Source: Candidatus Omnitrophota bacterium (GTDB lineage: Bacteria > Omnitrophota > Gorgyraeia > Zapsychrales > JANLHA01). Taken from it: DNA of 64,000 bases. Below are positions 29,698-40,744 of this stretch, one piece after another (the first letter of the stretch is position 1; each line of letters opens with the position of its first letter). The notes beneath the pieces are model-generated. The model had not been told where the DNA came from and searched no databases. It saw nothing but the letters and a program-made list of their open reading frames with translations. The position numbers and the translations under genes were made by a program. The stretch is from positions 259,864 to 323,863 of the forward strand of contig JAKLFA010000002.1 in NCBI GenBank assembly GCA_022711395.1, read 5' to 3'.

Positions 29698-32391
29698 TTA
29701 GGAGATTAAGAGTTTACGTAAAACTGTGTGCAGTATACCACCGTTTTTAAAATAGTCAATTTCAACCGGCGTATCTAAACGGCAAATAACGCTGAAATTT
29801 AACGTTTTTCCGTCATTTTTAGTCGCAGAAACACGGATTTCTTTACGCGGGACAATGGTCTCATCAATATTAAAGAAGTCAAAGACCTCGGTGCCGTCCA
29901 GCCCAAGGGTTTCAGCGGTTTCCCCGCTTTTGAACTGCAGCGGAAGAATGCCCATCCCCGCAAGGTTCGAGCGGTGGATGCGCTCAAAACTTTCCGCGAT
30001 GACTGCCCTGACACCCAAAAGCGCAACGCCCTTCGCGGCCCAGTCACGGCTGGAACCGGTCCCGTATTCCTTCCCGGCCAGAACGATCAAGGGCGTTTGG
30101 GAAGTTTTATACGCTTGCGCTGCGTCATAAATGCTCATCTGCTCATTGGTCGGAAAATAGATGGTCCAGGACCCTTCTGTTCCGGGCGCGATCTGATTGC
30201 GCAACCGGATATTGGCGAACGTCCCCCGCGTCATCACTTTATCGTTCCCCCGGCGTGAGCCGTAGGAATTGAAATCTTTCGGTTCGATGCCCTGTGCGAT
30301 CAGGAACTTTCCCGCGGGACTTCCGGCAGCGATCGAACCGGCCGGTGAGATATGGTCCGTGGTGATCGAATCCCCAACTTTGACCAGGACGCGTGCTTGT
30401 TGGATCGGCTGGATCTTGCCGCAGGAGGCTTTTATTCTGTCAAAAAAAGGCGGATGCTGGATATAGGAACTGCGTTCATCCCAAGGGAACAATGGATCAT
30501 GCTTTGCCGTGACCGCATTCCATTCCGCGCTTCCTCTATCGATCTGCTTATAACGCTTGCGGAACGCTTCTTCCGTGACATGGTCGTTAATGACATCTTC
30601 GATCTCCACGGGGGTTGGCCAAAGGTCAGAAAAAAAGACAGGCTTTCCTTTGGGAGTATAACCGATCGGGTCATTTTCAAGGTCAATGTCCATTCTTCCC
30701 GCAAGCGCGTAAATGACCACCAGGGGTGGCGACGCCAGATAATTGGCTTTTGTCAGCGGATGGACACGGCCCTCGAAGTTGCGGTTCCCGCTCAAGACAC
30801 TGGCAACGACCAACTGGTTCTTTTGCACCGCATCGGTCACCTCCTCGTTGAGAGGGCCGCTGTTGCCGATACAGGTCGCGCAACCGTAGCCGACAATATG
30901 GAAACCGAGCTGCTCTAAAGGTCCCAGGAGTTTTGAGTTTTCCAGATATTCTGAAACCACTTGCGAGCCGGGCGCCAAACTGGTCTTAACATAGGATGGA
31001 ACCTTTAAGCCGTAATGGGCGGCCTTTTTCGCGATCAGCCCCGCGCAGACCATGACCGACGGGTTTGAAGTATTCGTGCATGAGGTGATCGAAGCAATGA
31101 CGACACTTCCATGCGAAAGCTTTTCACCGGACGGAAGAACGGCTTCTTTTTTAAGATCTTCATCAGCCAAACCGAATCCGGTTTTTCCAAGAGGGGCGGT
31201 CAGGGATCGTTGGAACGAGTCCTTGATTTCTTTTAGACTAACCCGGTCCTGCGGACGTTTTGGGCCGGCCAGGCTTGGTTCCACTTTGGAAAGATCCAGC
31301 TCGAGCATGTCTGAAAATTCCGCAGCCTCTGAGACGCCTTCCTCATAGAACATTCCCTGATGGCGCATATACTGCTGGATCAGGTCGATCTGCTTGGGGT
31401 CGCGTCCTGTCATGGCATAATATTCCAGCGTGACACGGTCGATCGGAAATATCCCGGTCGTTGCGCCATACTCAGGGGCCATGTTAGAAATCGTGGCGCG
31501 GTCCGGGAGGCTCAAATGCTGGATCCCGCTGCCAAAGAATTCGACGAATTTTCCAACCACTCCTTTTTTCCGCAAAAGTTCAACGATCGTTAAAACAAGG
31601 TCAGTCGCGGTGACGCCTTCTCTCAGACGTCCTGTCAGGTGGAAACCGATGACGTCCGGCAAAAGCATGCTGATCGGTTCTCCCAGCATGACGGCTTCCG
31701 CCTCGATTCCGCCTACACCCCAACCGAGAATGCCGAGTCCGTTGATCATGGTGGTGTGGCTGTCTGTTCCGATGAGGCTGTCAGGAAAAACAAGGGTCTC
31801 GCCGTTGCGGTCGGTTTTAAGAACGCCATCCGCCAGATATTCCAGATTGACCTGATGGATGATCCCGACGCCCGGCGGCACAACAGAAAAATTTTTAAAG
31901 GCGTTTTGGCCCCATTTCAGGAATTCATAACGCTCGCGGTTTCTGGAGAACTCTTTTTCCATATTGATCCCCAAAGCGTCCGCGCAGGCATAGACATCCA
32001 CTTGGACGGAGTGGTCGATCACCAGGTCACAGCGGACCTGCGGATTGATCTTGAGGATATCGCCACCTAAGGCCTTCATCGCGGAACGCATCGCGGCCAA
32101 ATCGACGACACAGGGAACTCCGGTAAAATCCTGAAGGATCACGCGCCCTGGTTTAAACGCGATCTCCACCGGCTCTGTCTGCTTCGGGTTCCATTCCGAA
32201 ATACGTTTAATGTCATCCATCGTGACGGAAAACCCATCGCAGTTGCGCAAGGCGCTTTCCAAAAGGACCTTGATCGAGAACGGCAGGCGTTTGGGGTCTT
32301 TCATCCCCCACTGGGTGATATCCGCGATTTTATAATAGGAAAAGGCTCCATATTGTGTCTGCAAAGCGGTTCTGCGAATGCTTGGTTTCAT
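29698..32391 (-). CDS. acnA: Aconitate hydratase A (aconitase)
   Basis: About 898 aa from the [20 protein letters not shown] (GGGAG Shine-Dalgarno upstream). The track ORF extends to 32565. Aconitase-family motifs and the SCTNTSN cluster ligands are present. Confidence 0.9.
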   Translation of the reverse strand: MKPSIRRTALQTQYGAFSYYKIADITQWGMKDPKRLPFSIKVLLESALRNCDGFSVTMDDIKRISEWNPKQTEPVEIAFKPGRVILQDFTGVPCVVDLAAMRSAMKALGGDILKINPQVRCDLVIDHSVQVDVYACADALGINMEKEFSRNRERYEFLKWGQNAFKNFSVVPPGVGIIHQVNLEYLADGVLKTDRNGETLVFPDSLIGTDSHTTMINGLGILGWGVGGIEAEAVMLGEPISMLLPDVIGFHLTGRLREGVTATDLVLTIVELLRKKGVVGKFVEFFGSGIQHLSLPDRATISNMAPEYGATTGIFPIDRVTLEYYAMTGRDPKQIDLIQQYMRHQGMFYEEGVSEAAEFSDMLELDLSKVEPSLAGPKRPQDRVSLKEIKDSFQRSLTAPLGKTGFGLADEDLKKEAVLPSGEKLSHGSVVIASITSCTNTSNPSVMVCAGLIAKKAAHYGLKVPSYVKTSLAPGSQVVSEYLENSKLLGPLEQLGFHIVGYGCATCIGNSGPLNEEVTDAVQKNQLVVASVLSGNRNFEGRVHPLTKANYLASPPLVVIYALAGRMDIDLENDPIGYTPKGKPVFFSDLWPTPVEIEDVINDHVTEEAFRKRYKQIDRGSAEWNAVTAKHDPLFPWDERSSYIQHPPFFDRIKASCGKIQPIQQARVLVKVGDSITTDHISPAGSIAAGSPAGKFLIAQGIEPKDFNSYGSRRGNDKVMTRGTFANIRLRNQIAPGTEGSWTIYFPTNEQMSIYDAAQAYKTSQTPLIVLAGKEYGTGSSRDWAAKGVALLGVRAVIAESFERIHRSNLAGMGILPLQFKSGETAETLGLDGTEVFDFFNIDETIVPRKEIRVSATKNDGKTLNFSVICRLDTPVEIDYFKNGGILHTVLRKLLIS

Positions 32392-32455
32392 GAATACTCC
32401 CGAATTTGATTTAAAATTTACGGTATTATATAGAATCTTTAATGGAGCGTCAACT

Positions 32456-34099
32456 TCAACTCTGGGAATTGCTGACGTGAAGGCTTTTGGGTACCGTGAA
32501 ATGGAATTCCGCGCCATGCCCGGGTTCAGATTCGACCCAGATACGTCCACCATGGCTGTCGACAACGGCTTTGACGATACTTAAACCAGCGCCGGTCCCT
32601 TCGTATTGGGTTGAGGTGTGCAGGCGCTTGAACATTTCAAAAATTTCATCATGATATTCTTCCGGAATGCCGATGCCGTTGTCCTTCACCCAAAATTCCC
32701 AGACCTCGTCCTGTTCCTGGCAGCCGACCCGCACAACTGGATTGCGGCTGTGGACCTTGGAGGAGAACTTGATCGCGTTGTTGATCAAATTCAAAAATGC
32801 CTCGCCCATTTTAATGCGGTCGCATACGATCGCAGGAAGGTCGTTCTCGATCTTGAAATCCACGTGGTTTTCTTCGATGCTGTATTCAAGCCGTTCCCGG
32901 ATCCCGTTGACCAGGTCGTGTATATCCACTTCTTCATAGGGGTTGCGGACCCTGGAGATACGGCTAAGTGTCAGGAGGTCCGCGATCAAATCCTGCATGC
33001 GGTCAGCGCTGCGCATTGCGCCATCCAGACACCGCCGTCCCCGCTCGTCGAATTTGTCATAGTAGACGTTCTTTAAATATTCAGTGTAGCCAATGATCCC
33101 TAAAAGAGGCGAGCGCAGATCATGGCTGACGGTATGGACAAAACTGTCCAATTCCTTGTTGACCTTCTCCAGGTCCCTTTTTTGTTCCTCGGTGATCCGC
33201 AGTGTTTCAGCAAGCTGGTTGCGTTTTTGGTTAAGCTGATTGGTGAAGTCTAAAAGTTTGTCGGTCATGACGTTAAAAGCCCGGCTAACCTCTCCGATCT
33301 CATCCTCGGTGAGGCGCTTGAGCTTGACAAGAAAATTCCCGTCCCCGACCGCACGGGCGGCCTGATCGAGCTTTTTTAGAGGAACGACGATACTTTGGAT
33401 GATCGCGTAAGCGATGATCAAGCTGATGAACAGACTGATCGAAAAGCTTAACCATAAAAAACGGCGGGCGATCGTCTCTTCCTGTTTGGCGCTTCTTAAC
33501 GAGTTGCGGGAGAAGTCCTCGATATCACCGATAAAGACTTTCAATTCTTCTCCGAGCCGCGAGGACCCCTTTTCGATCTTGCGGATGTCATCGAAGGAAA
33601 GCTCGAATTTTTCTTCCGTGACGGAATTCAGGATGTCTAAGAGCAGTTGATCATAAAGGATGTGCCTTTGCTCGATCTCAAGCAGGATCCGCTTGGCGAT
33701 CTCCAGGTCTTTGCGTTTTGACTCAAAAGGCGCGGTCGCGATCCCTTCTTCGATGGTCGTTTTGGCCGCGCTGATATGGCGGGCGGATTCAGCAGAGAAC
33801 TTTTCGAAACCGGAGCGGATCACGTTCGTGTGGTCTAAGAGATAGACCCGGCGTGAAGGCGTAATGCTTTCGAAGGAGAGCTCTTCAGCGATGCGCAAAA
33901 GGCGCTCAAAAAGCACGGCCTTTTCAAGCTGGCGCTCTGTGACAACGGTCATGGTCTCGGTCAGGAAAATATCCCGCTCGACAACGGTCCTCAGCTCATG
34001 GTTGATCTTCGACAGCTGCGAAAGCCCTATGAACGTGTTTCCCGCTAAAATCAAAAGAAGAAATAGAATGAAAAGTGAAATTTTATTTGATATTCTCAT
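32456..34099 (-). CDS. Sensor histidine kinase (TM-sensor-TM-HAMP-HisKA-HATPase)
   Basis: Two TM segments flank a periplasmic region. HAMP is followed by the H-box HDLRSPL, then N/G1/G2 boxes (NLINNAIKFS.., GTGAGLSIV). Confidence 0.85.
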   Translation of the reverse strand: MRISNKISLFILFLLLILAGNTFIGLSQLSKINHELRTVVERDIFLTETMTVVTERQLEKAVLFERLLRIAEELSFESITPSRRVYLLDHTNVIRSGFEKFSAESARHISAAKTTIEEGIATAPFESKRKDLEIAKRILLEIEQRHILYDQLLLDILNSVTEEKFELSFDDIRKIEKGSSRLGEELKVFIGDIEDFSRNSLRSAKQEETIARRFLWLSFSISLFISLIIAYAIIQSIVVPLKKLDQAARAVGDGNFLVKLKRLTEDEIGEVSRAFNVMTDKLLDFTNQLNQKRNQLAETLRITEEQKRDLEKVNKELDSFVHTVSHDLRSPLLGIIGYTEYLKNVYYDKFDERGRRCLDGAMRSADRMQDLIADLLTLSRISRVRNPYEEVDIHDLVNGIRERLEYSIEENHVDFKIENDLPAIVCDRIKMGEAFLNLINNAIKFSSKVHSRNPVVRVGCQEQDEVWEFWVKDNGIGIPEEYHDEIFEMFKRLHTSTQYEGTGAGLSIVKAVVDSHGGRIWVESEPGHGAEFHFTVPKSLHVSNSQS

Positions 34100-34226
34100 T
34101 TGCTCAACTCCAAAGGCAGTATAGCATTTGCTTTTATTTTGGTGAATAAGTTTCTAAAGTTTAACATTCACTTGAAAATACAAACGTCCGCCGCTAAGAT
34201 AATAGCGCGGTCAAACAAAGGAACGT

Positions 34227-35690
34227 ATGAACATCGTGCTGTTAAATCCATCTTATGGTGAGAATTTTGTCCGGGTCGCGCGCTGGGCCGCGAAATCTCG
34301 AGGCCGTGTTCAGCGTCATCCGGAATATCTTTTGACCGCCGCGCAGATCCTGATCAACAACGGGGATTCCGTAAGTTTCATAGAAGCGGCCGCGCGCAAC
34401 TTTTCCATGGAAGAGACCATCGCGGCCTGCCAAAAAGGGTCTCCGGAGCTGCTGGTCATTCACGCCACCACCCCGTCGATCTATTCGGATATCGATCTTG
34501 CCCGCCAGCTTAAGGAGCGCACCGGCTGCCGAATCGCGTTTGTCGGCCAGCACGTGACGGCGGAGCCTGACAACACATTTTTGATCGCCCGCGGCGCTGT
34601 GGATTATATTTGCCGCCGGGAATATGATTACACACTTCTTGATCTTGCCAATCAGAGGATCCCCGAGGAAATCCCCGGATTGAGCTGGGTCGCTCCGGAT
34701 GGAAACATTCGGCATAATCCGGACCGTCCCCCGTTGGATGTCTGTGAACTTCCGTTTCCGGCATGGCAATTGGTCAAGCCCGAATGGTATCCGGACGCCG
34801 GGAAAAAATTCCCTTTTTTGACGCTCATGACCGGACGCGGATGCAACAACGCATGTTCTTTCTGCCGTGATCCGCAATTAATGTATGGCCATTGCCTGCG
34901 CAGCCGTCGGCCTGAGCAGGTCGTGGATGAGATGGAATATGATCTTAAAATCCATCCGCAGATCCGCGAGATCATGTTCGAGACCGACACCTTTGCCGCG
35001 GATCCCGTTCAAGCCACCGCGGTGTGCGAGGAAATACTCCGCCGGGGATTAAACAGGCGGATTTCCTGGTCCTGCAATACGCGCGTGAACACAGATCTCA
35101 CCCTCCTTCCGCTCATGAAGAAGGCGGGATGCCGGATGCTCATGACAGGATTTGAGTTCGGTTATGATGAAGCCTTCAAGGCGGTTAGAAAAGGGCGCGT
35201 CAGCATTGAAATGGCCCGTGCCTTCGCCGAGCGCGCGCATGAGCTTGGATTTATTGTCCACGGATGTTTCATGATCGGTGCCCCCGGTGAAACCCGTGAA
35301 ACGGCCCGGCAGACCATTGATTTTGCTAAATCCTTACCGCTTGATACCATTCAGATCACCGGGATCGCCGTTTATCCGGGGACAGCCATGTATGAATGGG
35401 CGAAAAAAGAAGGTTTTATACTCGCCCGAGACTGGCGGGAATGGCTTACGCCGGAGGGTGAACAGCGAACGATCGTCAGCTACCCTCAGCTTTCGGCCGC
35501 TGAGATCGATGAACTGATCGATATGGGATTAAAGGAATTCTACCTTCGCCCGGTGCAGATGTGGCGCATGCTCATCTCGATCCGCAGCTTCGGGGATTTT
35601 TTGCGGAAACTTTACGGGTTGAAAGCTTTTCTCAATTACTTCTGGGAAAAATTCACCAAAAAAAATAGACCGGCCGTGAAATCCTTATAG
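34227..35690 (+). CDS. B12-binding (class B) radical SAM protein, paralog of 1171..2583
   Basis: Same architecture as the first paralog. GRGCNNACSFCRDP cluster motif and a shared ..GAPGETRETARQTIDFAKSL.. block. Confidence 0.85.
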   Translation: MNIVLLNPSYGENFVRVARWAAKSRGRVQRHPEYLLTAAQILINNGDSVSFIEAAARNFSMEETIAACQKGSPELLVIHATTPSIYSDIDLARQLKERTGCRIAFVGQHVTAEPDNTFLIARGAVDYICRREYDYTLLDLANQRIPEEIPGLSWVAPDGNIRHNPDRPPLDVCELPFPAWQLVKPEWYPDAGKKFPFLTLMTGRGCNNACSFCRDPQLMYGHCLRSRRPEQVVDEMEYDLKIHPQIREIMFETDTFAADPVQATAVCEEILRRGLNRRISWSCNTRVNTDLTLLPLMKKAGCRMLMTGFEFGYDEAFKAVRKGRVSIEMARAFAERAHELGFIVHGCFMIGAPGETRETARQTIDFAKSLPLDTIQITGIAVYPGTAMYEWAKKEGFILARDWREWLTPEGEQRTIVSYPQLSAAEIDELIDMGLKEFYLRPVQMWRMLISIRSFGDFLRKLYGLKAFLNYFWEKFTKKNRPAVKSL

Positions 35691-37019
35691 ATTTTGCGCA
35701 ATGTAGGCAGCGGTATCGAATTTGCGCCGGCATCCGTTATCATTCATATAGCGGATCTTTCCAAAGACAGCCCTCTCTCCCCATGCCCGGTCATGGACAC
35801 CGCCGATCGCCCAGGCGATTCCCGCATATCCGTTGGGGTCACGGCCATCTAGCTCATAACGGTCATTGAGATCGATCGCGATCGATAACGCCGTTTCCGG
35901 TGATGAGCTCCACTCCAGGATTTTTTTCGCCCAATACATGCGCATGTATCCGTGCATCTTCCCGCTCTTGAGCATTTCGGTCTGGCAGGCGTTCCATAAC
36001 GGATCATGTGTTTGGGCCTGTTCGAATTGGTCCGGGGAATAAACGAACTCACGTCTATCCCTTCTGTGCTCTTCCAGCGTCTTTTTCGCCCATGCCGGAA
36101 AGCCTTCAACGTGGTCATAGTTGGGATTGTAAAAACAAAAATTATCTGAAAGTTCCCGTCGGACGATCAATTCCTCTAAAAACGCGTCTTTTGAAGCCTG
36201 CCTGGCATCTGAGGCCTGAGCTTCAAACGCAACGCGCTGCGCGGAGATCTGTCCAAAGTGCAGATACGGAGAAAGTCCCGACTGTCCGTCAAGGCAGGGG
36301 TCATTGCGCGAATCATGATAGGCGGGCAGGCGCTTTGAAAGAAAAGCGTTCAGGATTTTCAGCGCGGACGATTCACCGGGTGGAAAATTTTTAATTGGCG
36401 TGACTGAACGGTCAATGGTCAGTGAATTTTCCGCCTTCTTCCAGTCCACAGGTTTGCCAGCTTTGCCGAAGGGGTGTTTTTTGATCCGGGGAAATTTTTC
36501 CAGGAATTGATCAAGTTTTCTGTGGATCTTAGGGCGTATCGTGTAGGCCCCGAATTCAAGTTTTTCAGAAGCCTCCCAGCACGGCACGATATTATGAGCA
36601 TCAACGCAATGAGTGAAAATTTTGACTGAATTTAAAACAGTTTTCAAGCGCTGCTGTTTAAACCGCAACGGATCGAAATCCGTGATGAGAAATCCGGCCT
36701 TTCTTTTACAAAGGAAATCCCGGAGCCCCGCAGTTCCTCCCAGGATCAACTGAAAGCTGATATTTTTAGCCTGAAGGCTCAGCTCAAGTTCTTTTAATCC
36801 TTCGAGCATAAAATAATATTGGCGCCAGGTCGCCCCCAGGAACGATGGCTCAAGGACAAAGACGACCTCAAGAGGCTGGCGCAGCGCAAGCGCCTTGTCC
36901 TGCGCATACAAAAGGGCCCAGTTGTCGTTAAGCCGCTGATCTCGGCTCATCCAGTAAACAACCGGGCCCTCGCTAGGCGGAATATCATGGAATGATTTTA
37001 TGCGCTTTGCATTCACCAT
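35685..37019 (-). CDS. phr: Deoxyribodipyrimidine photolyase, class II CPD type
   Basis: PVVYWMSRDQRLNDNWALLYAQ at the N-terminus. The C-terminal FAD-binding region ..GYMRMYWAK..WSS.. is typical of class II photolyases. 444 aa. Confidence 0.85.
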   Translation of the reverse strand: MVNAKRIKSFHDIPPSEGPVVYWMSRDQRLNDNWALLYAQDKALALRQPLEVVFVLEPSFLGATWRQYYFMLEGLKELELSLQAKNISFQLILGGTAGLRDFLCKRKAGFLITDFDPLRFKQQRLKTVLNSVKIFTHCVDAHNIVPCWEASEKLEFGAYTIRPKIHRKLDQFLEKFPRIKKHPFGKAGKPVDWKKAENSLTIDRSVTPIKNFPPGESSALKILNAFLSKRLPAYHDSRNDPCLDGQSGLSPYLHFGQISAQRVAFEAQASDARQASKDAFLEELIVRRELSDNFCFYNPNYDHVEGFPAWAKKTLEEHRRDRREFVYSPDQFEQAQTHDPLWNACQTEMLKSGKMHGYMRMYWAKKILEWSSSPETALSIAIDLNDRYELDGRDPNGYAGIAWAIGGVHDRAWGERAVFGKIRYMNDNGCRRKFDTAAYIAQNL

Positions 37020-37020
37020 A

Positions 37021-38466
37021 TCAGCGGTAGGACACCCTTACACGATAAGTGAGAACGGCCTCGCCGTCTTTGGCCACCGGCACTTCAAAGCTGACCCCAT
37101 GGGCGCTTTCTTTATTGTAGGTGTGCGATGATTTCATGATCCGCCATTCGCCATGAACGGGTTCCAGGACCGTCACCACAATGTCCTCTTCTTTGTGATT
37201 GCGGATCTTGATCTCCCATTCGGATTCGGTCACATAACTGCCCAAGTTCTGATAGTCCATTTGCTTGCGTTCAGCGACGATATCAAAGGCCTTTCCGACT
37301 TTTAATCGAAGCAGCTCATCCTTGGGCGTATGGTCGATGCGGTCTTCTCCAATGAACTGCAGGCTTCCTTTTGAATCCGCTTTATAAAGCCGGATCACCC
37401 CGGCAGGCAACGGCATCCCCAGGGAATTTTCTTTGGAATTCTTAAATTCTATAAAGACCTCGACCGGGACTTTGATATTATTCTGCCCCATGTAGCTGTT
37501 ATAAAAGTAGTTCTGATTTCCTTGGACGATGAATTTTTTGGTCAGAGGGATACCGGATTTATTTAAAAGGCTGACCTGTTTGGTCTGGTTATTCTTAAGC
37601 GTTGTCCGGCGCTGAAGATCGTAAATATGGTATTCGAAAAACGATTGTTCCACAAATTGTTCTGCGGATTTGGCCATCATCGCGCTGCCGGACATTTCCA
37701 TGTCATAAAGCACGCGCCCTTCATCCCGCGCGCGATTGACCTCTCCGGCGACAAGCTTAAGCTGCGCATTGGTGTATTCCGTGCCGCTTTTATTATCGAC
37801 CGTGACCCACCCATTTAATGCGCCATTTTTATCGGCATCATCCACGGTCAAGACATAATCCGCTTTCCAAGTCATGTTGCTGGTCAAATATGAAACTTTG
37901 AGTTGATGCGCGCTTGTTGAATCATTGGCAAAAAGCCATGTCAACGTCGGTTTGGCGATCAGGTTCTCAGGGATCTTAGGCAGGATCTGATAACCCGGAT
38001 GGCCAAGATAAATTTCGTCACCGACTTTATAGATCTGGCCGTTGTTGTTGCTTAAAAGCGTGGCCGTGACTTTGGTCTCGGTCCCCTGATAGGGGTTGCG
38101 GTCCAGCAACGTGATCTCTTTACCCACGTATTTATCCAGGAGCTTGCTGGCGTTCATCAGATCGTATTCATAATTTTGTTCAAGGACCGCGAAGGAGTCC
38201 GGCATATTGACGGATTCCACATGGACGGTAACCGGGTCGATATATTGGGCGACGTCCATAAAGCGGAGCTCCCCGGCCTCTGTTGTCGCGAGCTTCAATT
38301 CCCGTGTATCTTTGATCAAAGCGATGTTGGAATTGTAAACCGTGACTTCGACATTTTTTTGATCCTCCAGCGTTGAAACCTGGGCCTCTTGAGAGAACGC
38401 GGAGCCCGTGAAACCTGTGACAGCGACAATACCCAGCATGAACATAAAAACCCGTTTGAAATTCAT
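37021..38466 (-). CDS. Secreted hypothetical protein of about 480 aa (possibly the DUF4139/DUF4140 MuiA-like family)
   Basis: Signal peptide MNFKRVFMFMLGIVAVTGFTGSAFSQEA from the ATG at codon 21 of the track ORF. Beta-rich. I recall the family only from general memory. Confidence 0.45.
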   Translation of the reverse strand: MNFKRVFMFMLGIVAVTGFTGSAFSQEAQVSTLEDQKNVEVTVYNSNIALIKDTRELKLATTEAGELRFMDVAQYIDPVTVHVESVNMPDSFAVLEQNYEYDLMNASKLLDKYVGKEITLLDRNPYQGTETKVTATLLSNNNGQIYKVGDEIYLGHPGYQILPKIPENLIAKPTLTWLFANDSTSAHQLKVSYLTSNMTWKADYVLTVDDADKNGALNGWVTVDNKSGTEYTNAQLKLVAGEVNRARDEGRVLYDMEMSGSAMMAKSAEQFVEQSFFEYHIYDLQRRTTLKNNQTKQVSLLNKSGIPLTKKFIVQGNQNYFYNSYMGQNNIKVPVEVFIEFKNSKENSLGMPLPAGVIRLYKADSKGSLQFIGEDRIDHTPKDELLRLKVGKAFDIVAERKQMDYQNLGSYVTESEWEIKIRNHKEEDIVVTVLEPVHGEWRIMKSSHTYNKESAHGVSFEVPVAKDGEAVLTYRVRVSYR

Positions 38467-38530
38467 ACCCTCCCCCTTTCGAATCACAAATATACTAATG
38501 ATATCACGAGCCTTGATTTTGCACACAAAG

Positions 38531-38570
38531 AAATCGGCTTTTCAGAAGACTGAAAAGCCGATTTACATTT
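38531..38570. terminator. Stem-loop terminator (13 bp perfect inverted repeat) after the anti-sigma/VWA gene
   Basis: ATCGGCTTTTCAG at 38533-38545, loop AAGAC, CTGAAAAGCCGAT at 38551-38563. Minus orientation is followed by TTCTTTGTG, plus orientation by TTACATTTAT. Confidence 0.5.
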
Positions 38571-38593
38571 ATCCGCACATAGGAACGATATCC

Positions 38594-40744
38594 CTATTCA
38601 GCATTTTTAAACCCATAGCCGGTCGAATATGTTTCCGGGACCAGAGTCTGTCCCTTTTGGACCAGATCAATGAACTCCGCACGATATCCCCATTCATCCT
38701 TTCCCTGGGCAGAGCGCGCACGCTTGAGCGCAGCCTCGAACGTGGCATTGCCTTTATGCTTTGAATTTTTTAAAAGCATACCGAATTCCGCCACTGCCGA
38801 AGCGAACTGAAAATCTTCGCTTGGGTTTTCGCTGATCTGAGACGCCGTCACAGTTTGAGAAATAAGTTTGCTGACGTCCTCATCCGGATTTTTATAACGG
38901 AATTTGACCGTCATCACTTCATCTGAATGCCCGGTGTCAGGTTTGGCCTGCGGAACCTGGTATTTAAGCGCATCCACGCTTCCGCCGATATCTTCGCTGC
39001 TGGAAGCTGGGACGATCTCATAAAAGGCCGTGACCGTATGCCCTGCTCCGAGCTCTCCAGCGTCCTTTGTGTCATCATTAAAGTCTTCTTTCGCGAGCAT
39101 GCGGTTCTCATAACCGATCAGCCGGTAGGCCTTGACCTGGGCCGGGTTGAACTCGATCTGGAGCTTCACGTCCTTGGCGATGGTGAATAACGTTGAGCCG
39201 AGTTCACGGACCAGAACTTTTTTAGCTTCACGTTCGGTATCGATGTAGTAATAATTACCGTTGCCTTTATCGGCGAGTTTTTCCATCCGGGAATCTTTGT
39301 AATTTCCCATGCCGAATCCCAGCACGGTCAGGAATATCCCCTGCTTGCGTTTTTCTTCGATCATCTTGACCAGCTCGCTGTCATTGCTGACCCCGATATT
39401 GAAGTCCCCATCAGTGGCCAGGATCACGCGGTTATTGCCGCCTTTGATGTAATTTTTGGCAGCCAGCTCATAGGCCGTGAGGATCCCCTGCGCCCCGGCC
39501 GTGCTTCCGCCGGCTGAAAGCTGATCGATCGCTGAGATGATCTGCTGCTTGTTCCCGCCAGAAACAGAATCCAAAAGAACACCGGCATTTCCGGCATACG
39601 TGACGATCGAGACTTTTTCTTCGGAGCGCAGTTGCTGGACCATCAGTTTAAAACCGGTCTTTAAAAGAGGCAGCTTGTTCGCATCCTGCATGGAGCCGGA
39701 CACATCGATCAGAAAGACAAGATTGCTTTCCGGAAGGGTCTGGGCCGTTAAAGATTTACCCTGCAATCCGATTTTGGCCAGCAGATGATCCGTGTTCCAG
39801 GGGGCTTTGGCCACTTCAATATTGATGGAGAACGGATCTTCACCCGTCGGCTGCGGATAGTTATAGGTGAAATAATTGACCATTTCCTCAATACGGACAG
39901 CCCCAGCCGGCACCGTTTGCTGATTGTTCAAAAGCCGGCGTATATTGGCATAGGACGCCGTATCCACATCGATCGAAAATGTCGAAAGCGGATTTTCCGT
40001 GACTTTCAGGAATTCATTTTCCGTCTGGTTATCATACTGTTCAGTGTTAAACTCGCTTTCCACCGGGATTGGAATGGATGGTTCTTCGTAATAGATCGAG
40101 ACCGCCTCTGAATCCTTCAGCACTGAATTGAGTGAACCAATTCTATGAGTAGCGGTTGTCTGACCCGGGGCCTGGGCGACTACCGATCTGTCAAAAGCGC
40201 GCATACGCTCGTTTGCCGGAATGGCTTTGCCGCTTACGGCATAATAATCATCCGTTGCCTCATCCCTCGTCACTTCATATTCAGATTTCAAATAATACGG
40301 CGCGTATTGAAGTTTTGCTTCAATCGATTCCTTCTTGGCGATCCGGCCTTTGTCATGATAGGAAAATTGCTCGCCGATATCATCAGTCGCCTGGCGCAGG
40401 CGCCCTTGTATTCCTCTCGCGGTGTAATTTTTTAGGACCAGCGGGGCTGAGATCATCACAAAAGCAGCCACCGCCACAGTCGCGGAAATTGGGATAAATT
40501 TTTTACGTTCCATGGCCCGACCCTCCTTCTTGAGGACTTCTCGTTGGATTTTAAGTTCAAGGTCGGAAGAGAGGTTTTCATTCTGCCACGTATGGAGATC
40601 GGAAGAGATCTGTTTTAACTCTGTATAATACTGACGGGCTTCTTCGGAAGAATCCAAGGCCGCTTCAACCAGGCGCGTTTCTTCCAAGGATGTTTCACCG
40701 TCGATATAAGCTGAGATCAAAGGTTTCAAATCTTCAAAATTCAT
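38594..40744 (-). CDS. Anti-sigma factor fused to an extracytoplasmic von Willebrand factor A domain (YfbK-like VWA plus C-terminal domain)
   Basis: The N-terminus LISAYIDGETSLEETRLVEAAL is the zf-HC2/RskA-type anti-sigma motif. One TM at about residues 85-105. The MIDAS motif DVSGSM sits in the VWA domain, followed by a C-terminal region resembling YfbK DUF3520. ATGA overlap with the ECF sigma gene. Confidence 0.8.
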   Translation of the reverse strand: MNFEDLKPLISAYIDGETSLEETRLVEAALDSSEEARQYYTELKQISSDLHTWQNENLSSDLELKIQREVLKKEGRAMERKKFIPISATVAVAAFVMISAPLVLKNYTARGIQGRLRQATDDIGEQFSYHDKGRIAKKESIEAKLQYAPYYLKSEYEVTRDEATDDYYAVSGKAIPANERMRAFDRSVVAQAPGQTTATHRIGSLNSVLKDSEAVSIYYEEPSIPIPVESEFNTEQYDNQTENEFLKVTENPLSTFSIDVDTASYANIRRLLNNQQTVPAGAVRIEEMVNYFTYNYPQPTGEDPFSINIEVAKAPWNTDHLLAKIGLQGKSLTAQTLPESNLVFLIDVSGSMQDANKLPLLKTGFKLMVQQLRSEEKVSIVTYAGNAGVLLDSVSGGNKQQIISAIDQLSAGGSTAGAQGILTAYELAAKNYIKGGNNRVILATDGDFNIGVSNDSELVKMIEEKRKQGIFLTVLGFGMGNYKDSRMEKLADKGNGNYYYIDTEREAKKVLVRELGSTLFTIAKDVKLQIEFNPAQVKAYRLIGYENRMLAKEDFNDDTKDAGELGAGHTVTAFYEIVPASSSEDIGGSVDALKYQVPQAKPDTGHSDEVMTVKFRYKNPDEDVSKLISQTVTASQISENPSEDFQFASAVAEFGMLLKNSKHKGNATFEAALKRARSAQGKDEWGYRAEFIDLVQKGQTLVPETYSTGYGFKNAE

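Noticed and set aside
30352-32070. Several plus-strand ORFs of 90-190 aa inside acnA
   Set aside because: Antisense to aconitase. They are frame shadows produced by strong codon bias.
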